57,897 nucleotides of DNA, filler included, from Asterionella formosa (GCA_002256025.1; 8 parts of 8 records of this genome joined end to end with filler, not necessarily neighbours in it); one strand, 5' to 3'. Numbered from the whole stretch's first letter, positions 22,132-34,660 are shown. Made by a program: numbers and translations. Notes: generated from the letters alone by a model not told the origin.

Positions 22132-22485
22132 TGTTTGTGTCTCCAAATTACGGTAGTCAAGTCATGACCTTTTTGGGTCTACTAGTCATGAACATGAGTC
22201 AATCTTTTCTCATACATGAATCAATCTTTGAATCTTGTCATGCTTGTCATGAACATGAGTCGATTTACTCATATATGACTTAGTTTTGTTTGTTTGGTTT
22301 GCAAAAAGTTAATTTTATAAGATCACTTTATTTGGAAATACCAATAGAGTCAGATCTATCCTACAACATTCTCCTAAATTCACCGTGTTCCTTTGATCCA
22401 CTGCCTAGCACCTACACTGCTGAGTACATACATCGAGATATACATACTATTCTTCAATAAGTTGAAATCCTTTCAGGTTAATCTA
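22132..22485 (+). mobile_element. Putative 5' LTR of a Ty1/copia element
   Basis: TG...CA ends (TGTTTGTG...CCTTTCA). Followed by GGTTA...TGAGCCC, which resembles an interrupted half-tRNA-Met PBS. Lies upstream of gag. Confidence 0.5.
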
Positions 22486-22654
22486 TGACTTCTCTTTCAA
22501 GTGATTCTGAGCCCAAAACGCTTATATCTGCGCATTCTTCAGTTGGTTTCTCCTGCTCCTTTGTTCCCAGAGCCATTTTCTAAAACCAATTCATTTTCTT
22601 GTCCCAGTGACAGTGTCAAACTTCTTTCAGCAAACTTCATTGTATATTCTTTCA

Positions 22655-22850
22655 TTGTTACCCAGTATTGCCCCTTGAGACAATTGCCCGGTCCTTTTTT
22701 TCTCTCTTTCTTCTTTCAGCAAGCTTCAATGCATTTTCTTTCATTGTTACCCGGCATTGCCCCTTGAGACAATTGCCCGGTCCTTTTTTAAATCTCTCTT
22801 TCTTTTCTTTATTACCCAGTATTGCCCACTGAGACAATCGCCTGGCCTAT
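22655..22850 (+). repeat. Three ~40-bp direct repeats in the copia 5' UTR
   Basis: TTGTTACCCAGTATTGCCCCTTGAGACAATTGCCCGGTCC at about 22655, 22744 and 22809, separated by pyrimidine tracts. Confidence 0.85.
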
Positions 22851-23319
22851 TTTTTCACTTTTTCTTAATTCTCTTCTTTTATCACTGCTTTCTTATCTTT
22901 CCCATACACTCCCACTTCCTTGCAACAATGTCAGTATCCACTACATCTAAGCCGCGTATTACGTGAAGTGACCATCAAGTAAATAAGCCTAGTTGATTTT
23001 GAATGGATCACATGAATTAGTTGAATACATCAAAATGCTTACTTGAATGTATCTATATATTATCTGAATACATCACGTTCATTTTTTGATCAGAGTATCA
23101 TGCATGCATTCCTGATCATCACTATATTACATGATCACCTTCACATAATTATTTGAAATCCTTCACGTAATTATTTGAAATCCTTCACTTAATTCTGTAA
23201 TTTAGTTCACATTGCCTTATGATTTTTTTCACGTAATTCTATAATATAGTTCACGTAATGTATTAAATTTGTTTATGTAATTTAAAAGTACAATCAAATA
23301 TGTTGATTTCTTATTCAAC

Positions 23320-24223
23320 TGCCGGTATTTCACATTACATGGGAAACAAATCTCGATGTGCAATCAAACAAAGCAGTTCTTTCAGAATGGCATCTTCAGT
23401 CTTGAGAAGGCAGGCATCATGAGACGTCTGTAAGGACAATGCAAGACAAACAGAAACCGTTCATTCTGAATGAAAAAATTATTCATTCTTGAAAAGGCAT
23501 CATGGTGCGAGATCGCAACAGGAATGTATCACACTGGCTTTCTCCTTGTCCTTGAAATGACTTCTTCATTGACCTGCAAAGGTTTACAAAAGAACAGTGT
23601 GTCAGTAATTCATTTAATAGAGCTAGCAACAGCAGAAAGCAACACATACATGTGCTATTCAAATGTTTCACGGAGCAGTCAAATTGACAGCAAGACACCG
23701 GCATTAGCCAGCCACCAGGCAGCACCGCAACTCACTGATGCATTCAAAATAATGCTCCTGTTGTGAAATGGACAGCAAAAATGTAAAATAAATGTAGAGA
23801 ACAATAATAGAACCACGTGATTTATCGCTCGCTTTGCTGATGTGACGACAAAAACTGAGGATTAAGCTTACCTTAGCTAGTAAAATCTTCCATTGCCGGT
23901 CTCTATATTGCATCATTTCACCTTCTATCAATCCTGCTTTCAAAATAACACCTATTTTCTGAAAAGGCCTGTTATAATGTCAAATGAATGTTGAGAACAG
24001 CAGCATATCATTATGAATTATCCTTCGCTTGGTGATATGATAGCAAAAATACCAAGCAAATAAATCTTACCTTAAAAGCATCCATTGCGGACCATCTCAA
24101 TGTTGCATCATTCCACCTTCTGTTTTTGGTGCAACAAACATATGTGAGCTGATAAAAGATGTGTTTGTAGTAAGGCAGCTGAAAATCTGGAAGGGGGATG
24201 CTAGTTGTAAGGGTCGTCCCCAT
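23320..24223 (-). pseudogene. Decayed multi-exon gene-like cargo of unknown function
   Basis: Several AG|GTAAG donors and ...ACAG acceptors. Two related exon segments (EGGMMQH.DGPQWMLL and EGEMMQYRDRQWKILL). In-frame stops. Confidence 0.35.
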
Positions 24224-24499
24224 GTTGAAAATTAATTGTTAACAGTGGTGTTGAATGTTGGTGTTTTTATGAATTCAGATGGTCAAAAATCCTGGCGTAG
24301 CCATGACTTCCTCTTTGTACCAACAGAACCTACAATCTACACGAAAAAATCTGGCGCAGTCTTGCTAAGAACAATTTCGTCGGGACAAATTTCTGAGGCT
24401 ACAACTGTGACTTGAACAAATATGACAAGAGGGAGAGGACACAGCCAATAGTTACTACTCCTAATTGCACATGCACTCAATGATCTACCATTAGCCTCG

Positions 24500-25070
24500 T
24501 CCTACTATAGTAAAAAAATACGCCTTGATTTTATATTGAAAACAATCAACTGATGAGTTAACCATTTCACTCGCATGATGAAATTTTAATCTGTTGTGTC
24601 TTCCTCAATTCTGTGTGATTCGTACATTCAGAGCATTGTAGCAACTGCGTGGCAACCCATCGGTCCCATGCTTGTTCCGCCTAAAAAGAGCTCTTGGATC
24701 CCTTGAGTGTCAGAGTGTCACTGACTCCATATGACGTTTTTCTCCTTCTCAGTTCATCTAGAATGGCTTCTGTTACTGAAATCACTCCATCTGGCCCTAG
24801 CTAATCGGTTTCCAGTCAAATACAGTTTGGTCACAGCGCACCCTCTCCTGATCCCATCAGCCAACGCCATGGCTTGTCCTTCTTTCCACATGTGATTCCC
24901 TGCCAGCCAAGTAGAGCGTATGAAAGGCATATCCAAACAAAGCACATGCCTATGATCTAATCCCATCATCGCCGACTTGGTTGAATCCAAGATCCAACGA
25001 TCCCAAAGCGCGGTGTGCTGAAATCCCGACAGCCACTGTATTAAAACATACCTTCATTGCCCAAGTTCTT
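24500..25070 (-). pseudogene. Leucine-rich repeat (RNI-like) gene fragment carried as cargo
   Basis: ALADGIRRGCAVTKLYLTGNRL and GIQELFLGGTSMGPMGCHAVATML fit the RNI-like LRR consensus LxxLxLxxNxIGxxG; frameshifted. Confidence 0.45.
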
Positions 25071-28000
25071 GTAACCTGGTTTGAGAATGGAAAGATTTGA
25101 ATTCTACAGCAGGGCCACTTTGACTACTAAGCGTGCGTCCGATGACTGCAATCCTCGGCTTGCTGTGATAGTCAATCTGCCAATCGTGAGTACGGATGGA
25201 GTATTTGAGGGAAAAAAGTGCCAAGGGGTTAGAACAACTGAGCCACGACACAGCGCAAGACAACAACAAGCACTCGGGGTGCTTGTACCAGTACTTAAAT
25301 TGGTCAGCTATCGTCACATGAGTGCTTCTGATAAGCGCTGAAGGACACTCTCTCGAGTCGGCGTTGCTTTGGCGTGCGTAGTGCGAGCTCAATTTGCCAA
25401 TTTTACATTGACAATGCGCACTTACTTCAGCCTACAGCGGCGATGTTTATGGTTGCATCAATTTGGTGCATGAGGATGGCGAAAACTCTTTTCACTGTCA
25501 TTTCTTGGCCGATTCATACCTTCTTGGCATATGTACCATACATTACTTGAGTTGTCTTTCGCAATGATTTATCCTCTAAAACAATTTTATCTTGAACTTT
25601 TAAAATATGTAGTTGTAACATCAACTAGTTTTGTCTTGCAAATCACTGTATGATTCTGAACCATCACATGAAAACCTCGAAGAGAAGTCTTGTTCACTAT
25701 AATAGTTCATATTTTTTACGTGAAGTGCACAACTATAAACTGTAGATTGTCCATGCATGAAATAAGACACCACAAATATCCTTACTATTTCACAAATAAA
25801 GATCTGTGTAGTAAATGAATTAGCCACGAGAGCAGGATATTAGTCGAACTTTGAAATGAATTATTTGAAACATCAACTAACTCAGTCTCGAGTTCAAAGT
25901 TCATTGTGAAAACTTCACATGAAACCGTTAAAACTTCACATGAAGCCGTTAAAAGTAACCTTTTTAACGGGAAGAGTGGCATTAATTCATGTCAAGTACC
26001 CCATCATTAACACTCTTACGTAAATGAAATTTCGAAAAGTGGCGTATTTCGCGGCTTAGATGTACTATTACTACTATTCTACCTACCAAGTTTGGCCAAG
26101 TGACCACTGGTACTGTTGTCAAACGGTACTCTGGTGGTCAACTGAATGATGACTTTACTATCACCAAGAAACCAATGTGGTCTCCTTACCAGATCCGTTC
26201 AGATGATTCCAGGGACATCAAGACTGCATTTTAGTTTTTTACTCAAAAACGTGAAAAGGTATACAATGGACCCAATGGTGACCCTATCAACAATCTCACT
26301 CCTGCTCAGCTCTGCACTCTTATTTACAATGATGCAGAGACTGGCGGTGTGGACCCTTTCCTCTATGCCCCTGACAGTTCTGGTAAAGTTTGGTGTATGA
26401 CCAGACACCATACTTGACTTACTTTTGAAGAGACAAAGAAATATGTTGATCATTGTATTGGTCTCAAGACATTCACACCAGACATTGACACTAAAACTGG
26501 AAATCCCACACCTGATTCTCTCACCAAGTCACGTCAGATTTTTGATGATCAGGCATTGGATGATTCTTCCCACCTCTGGCGTCTGATTGTTTCCTACATT
26601 TCCCCAAACCTCTTAACAGGTCTCCTTGAACGTCTCGAAGATCATGGCAATCGTGGTCCAGGCCTCCTCCTCTGGATGGCCTTAATGGATGAAGTCACCT
26701 CTGGTTCACCTCAGGCAATGGATAGCATCTTGGAAAATTTTAAGAAGATCCAACTTTCTGATTACCCTGGCGAAAATGTCCGCCTCATGGTCCATGATAT
26801 TCAAGCTTCATTTAACCTACTAAAGAGTGGACAATGTCTTCCTATCACTGCCTCCAGCATTGTTGCTACCAAGCTCCTACTCTGTCAAGTTGAGGAATTT
26901 CGTGCTGTCTTCTATACAATCTCTGTCAAGATTGATACTGAAGAGCGGGTTCTCATGGGTAAAGATAATGCTGCCCTTGTCAAATTCCAAGCTACACCAA
27001 GTGGTGTCAAGACACTTCTTGATGTGGCACTCACTCAGTACAAATGTCTCATTGACAATGGATGATGGCCACCTTCCCAAACTGTTCCCAAGAAGCAGTC
27101 AGATTCCCTACCAGATGCATTCCAGGCTACAGTTTTTCCTACTGCTTTTCAAGCCCTTGCTGATGAACTTAAAGCCCTCCGCAAAGATTTTGAGACCAAG
27201 CCTAGTGGGGCTGGCCAAGACCTCTCTAAAACTACTTGCTACAAGTGTGGCAAAATTGGTCATCTTCGTCCTAACTTTCCTGACAAGACAACCACTTACC
27301 CTGAGAACTCTTGGCAAAATGTTCCTCCCACTGATGGAAAGTTTTCTATGACCAAAGATGGTCGCCAGTGGCATTGGTGCAACAATTGCCGTGGCAGGGA
27401 AGGGTGTTGGTCTACTACTCATGGTACTGAGGCTCACAAAGGGAGTCCCAAAACTGTTACCTTTACTGCTGCTGCCAACCTGGCTGGAGTTGCCGAGGAG
27501 TCTCCAGCAGCAGAAGATGGTGTTTTGATGTACAATCCTGCTGGTTTTGTTGCTTCTTGCTATGACCATGATTTCGATTGGTCTTCAATTGAACCTCCGG
27601 ACTTAACTCATCATCATCTTTCCCTTGAGAAAGATGAATTTTTTCAGTTTGGCTTTGGTATCCGTTCCAATAGTGTTGTCAATCCAATGTCTCCATCTGA
27701 CTTGGACATACACTTTCACCACTCCTCTCTTGTTGCCTCCTCATCTGGTTTGGTTCTTCCTTAGCCTCCTACGTCCCACTGTTTGTGCTCCCACTCTGAA
27801 TCAATGACACATTATGACTGCCCAAGTGTCTTTCTCATCAATGAAGGACCTTCCTTGGCATTCCTGGATTCCAATGACATCACTGGACGTTTTTCTGTCA
27901 TCTGGGACACTGGTGCCACTCGTCCTGTCAGTGGGTACACTGGTGACTTTATTGGCCCAATGATTATTCCCTCTACTCCTTTGTTACTTGGCGGCATTGC

Positions 28001-28667
28001 CTCTGGTCTGGTTGTTGAAGGAATTGGAACTGTCAAATGGTCTTTCTATTCTGATAATGGCACCCTCCTTACTCTTCATTTAAAGGCCTTTTATGTCCCT
28101 ACCTGCAAACAACGCTTGCTTTCTCCCCAGAAAATCTTTTGTCCTACTGAAAATGTCCGTGGTACTTTTATGATCTCTTCAGCACATGCCCAACTCTTAC
28201 TTGATGACTCCCCCATTCTCACTGTTCCCTATGACCCAATGCATGGGCTACCAACCAGCCAATATCTTCCTTGGCATTTTCGTCTTGGACATCTTAATTC
28301 TAATAATATTCAATGGCTTCTTTGTCAACCTTCTTTTGGCAACAGTCATAAGGTCCGTGCTGCTGCCCGTTACACTCCACCCAAATGTGCAGCTTGTGAA
28401 TATGGCAAGGCCCATCGTCGTCCTCTTGCATCTACCCTCTCTACACCTTCACCTGAGAGGGAGGGAGCTACAAAATTTGATGATTTATTCCCAGGTTCAG
28501 GTGTCTCAGTGGATCATTTTGAATCAAAGGTGCCGGGTCGTCTATACACCTCACGAGGTAAATCACAACTTGCCTCAACTTATAAAGGCGGTTGTATTTT
28601 TGTTGACCATGCATCTGGACTACTTTATGTCCGTCATCAAATCAGCTTTACTTCAGAAGAGACCATG

Positions 28668-28924
28668 AATGGATTTGTTTGTATGGATATTCCATGGTTG
28701 TTTATCTACCCACTGCTCTCTTGTGCTTGGTCCCCATTGAGATTTGGGTATGGCTATGCTTGATCACTGCAACGGCCATGAGTGGGTTATTGGTGGTCCG
28801 TAATGTGGTGGCTCCCTTGTTGAGCACAGATACAACCGGCAGTAAGGCAGGACCCCTCTTGATGGCGGTCATGGCTTCGCATGTTATCTTTTTGATTGTT
28901 TTGAAGTTGGCCTTTTATCAGTAA
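28668..28924 (+). pseudogene. 3' part of a Yip1-domain (YIPF1/2-like) gene, directly joined to the copia integrase
   Basis: WICLYGYSMVVYLPTALLCLVPIEIWVW...HVIFLIVLKLAFYQ* matches the YIPF1/2 C-terminal TM region. No 5' part is present. Confidence 0.7.
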
Positions 28925-29036
28925 CAATTTCAAAATNNNNNNNNNNNNNNNNNNNNNNNNNNNNNNNNNNNNNNNNNNNNTTAATTAATTAANNNNNNNN
29001 NNNNNNNNNNNNNNNNNNNNNNNNNNNNNNNNNNNN

Positions 29037-30478
29037 AAAGGATAAGTTCCAATCAAGACATTTAATATATTCACTTTCAAGGCATTGGTTGATTCACCGA
29101 AGGAAACGGCAAAAATTTGAATCGGCCCCATTTGCAACTCCGGTAATAGCTGAGCCAAGAGCACTGTAAACCCAAAAACAACCCAGATGTAATAATCAGA
29201 AACTTTCCAAAGCGAAACCCAAAGGAACAAGGTGACGTGAATTGTAATCAGAGTTAACGACCCAAGGAGAGGCTCCAGGCACGCTCCCATAAAATACACC
29301 CACGCCAACGTCCAACAACATAAACTCCACGTCGGATGCGTCCATCCCTGTTGCCATCTTCTTATCCAATGCTTGTCAGTACATTTATCATTTTTCCATG
29401 TGTTTCCCACCACCAAGCCAAGCAGAATGAGTATGGTTCCTGGAAGCTCCAATAGATTCCAAGCTGGTAAAGCAATGAATTCTGCGTGTTCCCATCCTAA
29501 ATGAGGTTCACTATCTGGTTGCAACGATCCATGAGCTAAATGATTAAGTTCCAGATCTCGTACATGGCATTGTACTTGAAGCTGAAATGGACTGGTAGGT
29601 CTAGGACCTTGGTCGAATCTGGTCCGAGTCGAATCATCGCCAACTTCATCATCATAGGGTTCAAACTCTGTCGCGCCATTCTTTGACTCCCCGTTGATGC
29701 CTATTTCGTAACGCTTCCATATCCCTGCTTCAGGAGGCTGTAATGGAAGCTCCATGAAGTAAGGAGCTTGATTGCCGTTGCTGAGTATCGAAGGTTGGGA
29801 AGGGGCACAAATTCGAAAAAGGTCCTTGGTTGGAGCTAGATTGGACTTGACGAGTTCCAGTGCCTTTTCTCCAAAAACATATTCCGTCTGTTTTACTTTT
29901 TTCGGATCTCTCAAAGAGGCTGGTTGGTGGTACTGCTCGACGTCTTGTGTGTTAACTGTACACCATCGATTGTTTGCGGAGGAATGTTGATTTGAACTAT
30001 GCTTGGATGCTTTCTTGATCCGATGTGATTGATCCCATTGGATGGCTGGTGAAGTCTCGATATTGTAGGTATTTCCACTGCGTCGATAATGCAGCTGCCG
30101 GGCCTGCCTAAGTTTCGGGCTTAGCAGAGTCAGCGACAGCGTTGTGATTGACCACCAGCCAAACGATGGCAAGCACTTCGGCTGGATGCCATAAGGTGTT
30201 TTGACAAAGTAATATGATGCGTCATCGAAAGTTGTATATGTACCGTACATTTGTAGAAGCTTTGCTCGGTGCTCCTGCCATTGCCCGAGGTCCCTGACAG
30301 CACTATTGGGTTCTACTTGCACTGGCCCAACATGGCACAAGTTTTGGTTCTGAAGCGATTTGGAGAGAACGAAAAAGCAGAAGCCAGCTGGAAGCGCGAT
30401 CAACACGCCAAGAGACAAGACCAGTGATCGAATGATTGGATATTCTTTGGTGAAAGAGGCAGAAGAAGGAACAACCAT
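29037..30478 (-). CDS. Hypothetical membrane protein (N-terminal TM, C-terminal multi-TM region weakly rhomboid-like); 3' truncated
   Basis: Open frame of about 480 codons running to the scaffold edge. FMGACLEPLLGS resembles the rhomboid TM2-3 G..LE..LGS motif. Confidence 0.6.
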
Positions 30479-31452
30479 AATACCTTTGACACCTTATCAA
30501 CGGTTTCTATTGACGACGCCGTGTCGAACGAAAGGAGAGTTTGATTTTGTTTTGTCGTGGCATTTTATTTTACATCACTGCATGTTATCTTTAGATGATG
30601 CACTCAATTTTACATCAGTACATTTTACCTATGGATAAACCGGTAAGCTATAATAGATATACCGGTAGTAAGGAACAGTATATCATTTGTAAATAGTGCG
30701 TACATTTAACGGTAAATAATATCCAGAGCAACAAAGGAGAAATAATCCTTGTACGTAGCGCATAAACCAGGTGCTTCTAGTTAAGAAGACGGTTTGCGGC
30801 GGTAAAACACAACTGGTACATATGTATGCGGCAGAAAGTGTCAGGATAATTTTGGGTGGCTTACAACAACAGAATAATGCAGTGCGGCTCAGGATGCATG
30901 ATATACATCACTTTCTGAATTTGTTGATACAGCAGATTTTGGAGAAGTTGGTACTCTTGTTGAGCCTCATTCTTGTTGGTTGTGATGATATGAATGGCAT
31001 AAAGGAAAAGTAGATGTGAATGAATGAAACCCCCAACATTGAACTAGGAGGATTGAATGGAGTCTGAGGACCAAAGACAGACTTTTATATTGTCAGTAGG
31101 AATAACTTCTCTAGCCGCTGTGTTGACTGTGATGAATAGTTTCCTTCGCTACAAACTGGTACTCCTTCTGTCCAATAATAGTACTAGAACCGATTATTAG
31201 ATGGATTCCATAAATTACGGACCATCTTTCTATGTGAGGGTCGGCTTACTCGAAAAAATGAGTTTTTATCAGTTACATACTAGACATGAACACAAGCTCT
31301 GTTTTTGTAATTAAATAATTAGCATCCAAATACAAAATTATTCGAACCAATTTAACACGTATCTATACATTGGGTACATGTTTATATCAAGCAATGATGC
31401 TACTAATGCATTGATTTTTCTACTATGATTTTATCCATCATCCTAATCATCA

Positions 31453-31908
31453 TCATTATCTTTATCTTCAAAATGAATGTTGACATCGCTGAGACGCCCG
31501 TTCCATATGACCAGATCCTTGGCTTGACGCTGGCTAGCAACAGTGGTCGCAGTTGCGCCCATCCTCACTGTTGTGGATCAACTGTAACGGTTGAGCTTGG
31601 CTCTGTTGCTCTTTACTTCTCTGTGTGTACAGGCAGTGTTGGACGAGATCCTTCAAGAACTCGAGGACGCTATCCAGGTGATCATGGACTGTGACCTCCA
31701 TCCAGAAGGTCAAAGATGCATAGTTCGGTATCTTGCAAGGAGAATTGCACATGAAAAAATCGAGGCGGTGAATTATTTGGAAACAAAAAGAAAAACAAAA
31801 ATGCGAGGTTATGGAATTGCTCTTTTTACATTTCTAGACAAAATTGCCAAGACTGAAGATGCTGTTAAGGAAGAAATGGTAGACATGGATGACCAGGCGG
31901 GAGTATAA
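31453..31908 (+). pseudogene. Frameshifted fragment of a stramenopile GRSC..H.CCG-motif protein (possibly TE-associated)
   Basis: QILGLTLASNSGRSCAHPHCCGS, then a frameshift to ELEDAIQV...RCIVRYLARR...RGYGIA. Family assignment is from memory only. Confidence 0.35.
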
Positions 31909-33724
31909 AAATAATTCTACTGCTGTGTTTATAAAGTTAAAAATCCAATTATAATTATTCAACTCGAAAAAATAAATAGAATACATGTAGAATCATTAAT
32001 AACCAGTGCTAGTATATTTTTAATATTTTTCAAGGTGGAACTTTTTTGATGCAATGCAGCCATAATGGCGCCAGAGACGGAAAACCCCTTACCAGCACAC
32101 ACTACTACTATTAAGCTGATCATGCAGGAGTGTGTGGGCCAATTCAATTGCTCCTTCCCCAACTGCTCACAATTTGAACACATCATTATGCCCATTATAC
32201 TGGTGGGATTCGAGCTCGCGCTTTCAAATACGTTGTATATTTATTTTATTAACTTTGAACCGGCCCGCCAAATATTTAACTGTTCCATGCACTAAAACAA
32301 GCCGACCATCTATTTCGTCCCCTAGTACCCTCGCTCCATCAGGTCCTTTTTTGAGGTTCTACAGATCATAATACAAATAAGTTGACGATATTGTGGTGTT
32401 AGATCCTTTATCGTCTGCTTGTTGAGAAGAGGTTTTGGCAAGAAGAAGGGGGTCAGGCATCTGCATTTTGTTTGGAGATACGCAAAAGTGGCGAAAAAGC
32501 CCAAAAAATGTTTTTCCAAGTGTAGTTGAAACTTTAATATTTCTATGTTTATTAAATACATATAATTTGTTTTGATACAGACATCCAAAAAATCAATTAA
32601 TTCAAGAGAAAAATATATATGATATGGTATTTATATATTGGATACACTTTCACAAGCAATTGTCAGCAAAAAGAATTTAGGCCAAACAAAATGTAATAGG
32701 AAGAAGGACTAGCTAACTTGCTTAGTTCCAGATCTTGTTGGGAACATAAATGAACCTCGGTCGCCTCATACAAACACATGTACTTTGAAATTGCATGAGC
32801 TTGTTTGTTTCAAACTAACCTCAAACAAACACATCTACTTAAAAATTGCATGAGCTTCTTGTTTGTTTCAGATCAAACTACATTCAAATTTGCATTTCGA
32901 TTAACCTCACACATACGTTGATACTATCAAAAAGGAAACCAAACAAATTGAGATAAAAACAATATGATTACCGGTACACCCTCACCACATTTTTTAATGG
33001 CTCAAAATAGGGAGGAAAAAAGAGGATTCGCCTTCAATGCTACAGTCCTTTAGCAAAACGTAGTAAATTTGCTTGAGCATCTGAATCCAGCTCATACATT
33101 TGAAGTGCTCTATGTTACCTATCTTTTCATTCTTTCTTGCTTGGCTGCGATCAAACCTGAACAAGATATGCATATGTGTTATTGAAATTTGTCAATTAGC
33201 GATCATAGGAGACTACACGCACAGTACTCCTACCAGCCATCACTTATATTGAATGGAATGAACATACTTTTAGACTGTTACTTCGTGTTTTCCATAACTC
33301 TAGCTATTATGGTGCTTTCTACTAATCTGAGTGAGCATGGTTTTTAGCAGGTGGAAGATAACTGTTACCACTACTCCTACATTAGTGCATTGGTAGCTTG
33401 CTGCTGCTCTAGAAAGAAAGAATAGCTCAACTAGTAACTTATAGAGAATCACCTGTTCCTCAATACTATGGATTCATTCACTTTCAAAATCTTTCGAAGG
33501 AAAAATTCCTCTGCCCTTGAGTATAACACTGCTAGGAGACATGCAATTGCGTAATACCCTCAAGAATGGACTAATCTACTCCATATCATTACTGTCAGTG
33601 CATATGATGGTATTCATATAGAAAGCAGTGACATCAGTGACTAGCTTCCTCAGCCAATAAAAATACAAAAAGCTCAAACAATAACAAAACAGAAAACTAT
33701 AAATATACGAATTATCACATTTTC

Positions 33725-34324
33725 TCATTGAGTCACAGCAATAGCTGCCATCCATCCAGGAGCTTGGAGACTCCCAATCTGAATCATACTATCAGTCTTT
33801 CGTTTATTGACATTTACCAAGAGGGCATAGAATGAATTAGAGTCATCGCCATTCACATTTGTAAACTTCCATCCCACATGTTGCACACTGCTTGCGCACT
33901 TATACACTATAGGCGTCCACATGGTTCCCACGAACCAAGAATCCCTAGCTTTTTCTGGGTCAACCGGAGTTTCATGGACATTGACATGCGTTGCTAAATC
34001 TCGCACCAACACCATGGAGAAATCGAGTTCGTTGGTAGAGAGTCGGTAGGGCTGCTTCATATGATAAATTGGCACGGGATAAGTCAAGACTTTGGCAAAT
34101 GTGATGTCTTGAAAGGTGTCGTCATGCGTGATGATTGGTGACTTGGTAAGGAGCAAGTAAGGCTGCAACAAAAGCTGGAGTGCCGTGATGCAGGCCATAT
34201 CTTGCTGGGTGACATGAGGATTGGGAATCACTTCAATCTCGTTCTTTTCTAGCGATGGAAGGAAGGCGGATGCCTGTAACAACAGTAGGAAGGTGACGAA
34301 GAACCGAAGCGACAACATGGTCAT
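33725..34324 (-). CDS. Secreted or plastid-targeted CULT-domain (cereblon thalidomide-binding-like) protein
   Basis: Signal peptide ending QASA-FLP. DSWFVGTMW....C....HVGWKF...SFYAL matches cereblon SWFPGYAW..C..C..HIGWKF...FWGL. Confidence 0.75.
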   Translation of the reverse strand: MTMLSLRFFVTFLLLLQASAFLPSLEKNEIEVIPNPHVTQQDMACITALQLLLQPYLLLTKSPIITHDDTFQDITFAKVLTYPVPIYHMKQPYRLSTNELDFSMVLVRDLATHVNVHETPVDPEKARDSWFVGTMWTPIVYKCASSVQHVGWKFTNVNGDDSNSFYALLVNVNKRKTDSMIQIGSLQAPGWMAAIAVTQ

Positions 34325-34660
34325 TCAACACGCAAATTAACGACGAGAGGGTCATTTTAGCTGAACAATACTAGTGCACGTGGTTTGATTAGCATATTAT
34401 TTGTTGTTTATTCATATTATAGAGTACCGGTATTAGGCCAGTCTAAGTAAAACGGTCTATTGTGGTACCGGTAGTTGATAACAGTGGTCGTCCAGGTCGG
34501 GAAGGGTGCGGTAAAACGACGGTTTGTACTACCGGTATCTATATGATCATAAGATTACTGAGCTAAAAATAAGCAGCGAAGTTCTCAACACAATTTCATG
34601 ACCTCTTCGGCAGCTGTGAACAGATGAATGCATAAACAAATTTCAGCCATCCATCGCACT

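Larger units (their letters stand above)
22944..26062. mobile_element. 3.1-kb TIR DNA element with TA target-site duplication, nested in copia gag; non-autonomous, cargo-carrying
   Basis: Left end TA|CATCTAAGCCGCGTATTACG; right end CGTATTTCGCGGCTTAGATG|TA. Removing the element and one TA restores gag: ATG TCA GTA TCC ACT ACT ATT ACT ACT ATT CTA CCT ACC AAG TTT GGC. TTCAC-core subterminal repeats at both ends. Confidence 0.9.
22132..28665 (+). mobile_element. Diatom-type Ty1/copia LTR retrotransposon, 5' half (gag-PR-IN); decayed, interrupted and 3'-truncated
   Basis: gag ATG 22928 resumes at 26065. Zinc knuckle CYKCGKIGHLRPNF; WHWCNNC..W.TTH..EAH; protease VIWDTGAT; WHFRLGH...CAACEYGK; integrase VSVDHFES..GCIFVDHASG. 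In-frame stops present; no RT or RNase H. Confidence 0.88.

Noticed and set aside
22655..22850. CRISPR-like repeat-spacer pattern (also 9650-10100 and 5281-6285)
   Set aside because: Eukaryotic context, no cas genes, unequal low-complexity or mutually related spacers. The first array lies in a copia 5' UTR.
22939..22960. CACTA (EnSpm) terminus at CACTACATCTAAG
   Set aside because: The right end does not finish in TAGTG. The inverted match stops at the TA, and the CAC belongs to gag codons.
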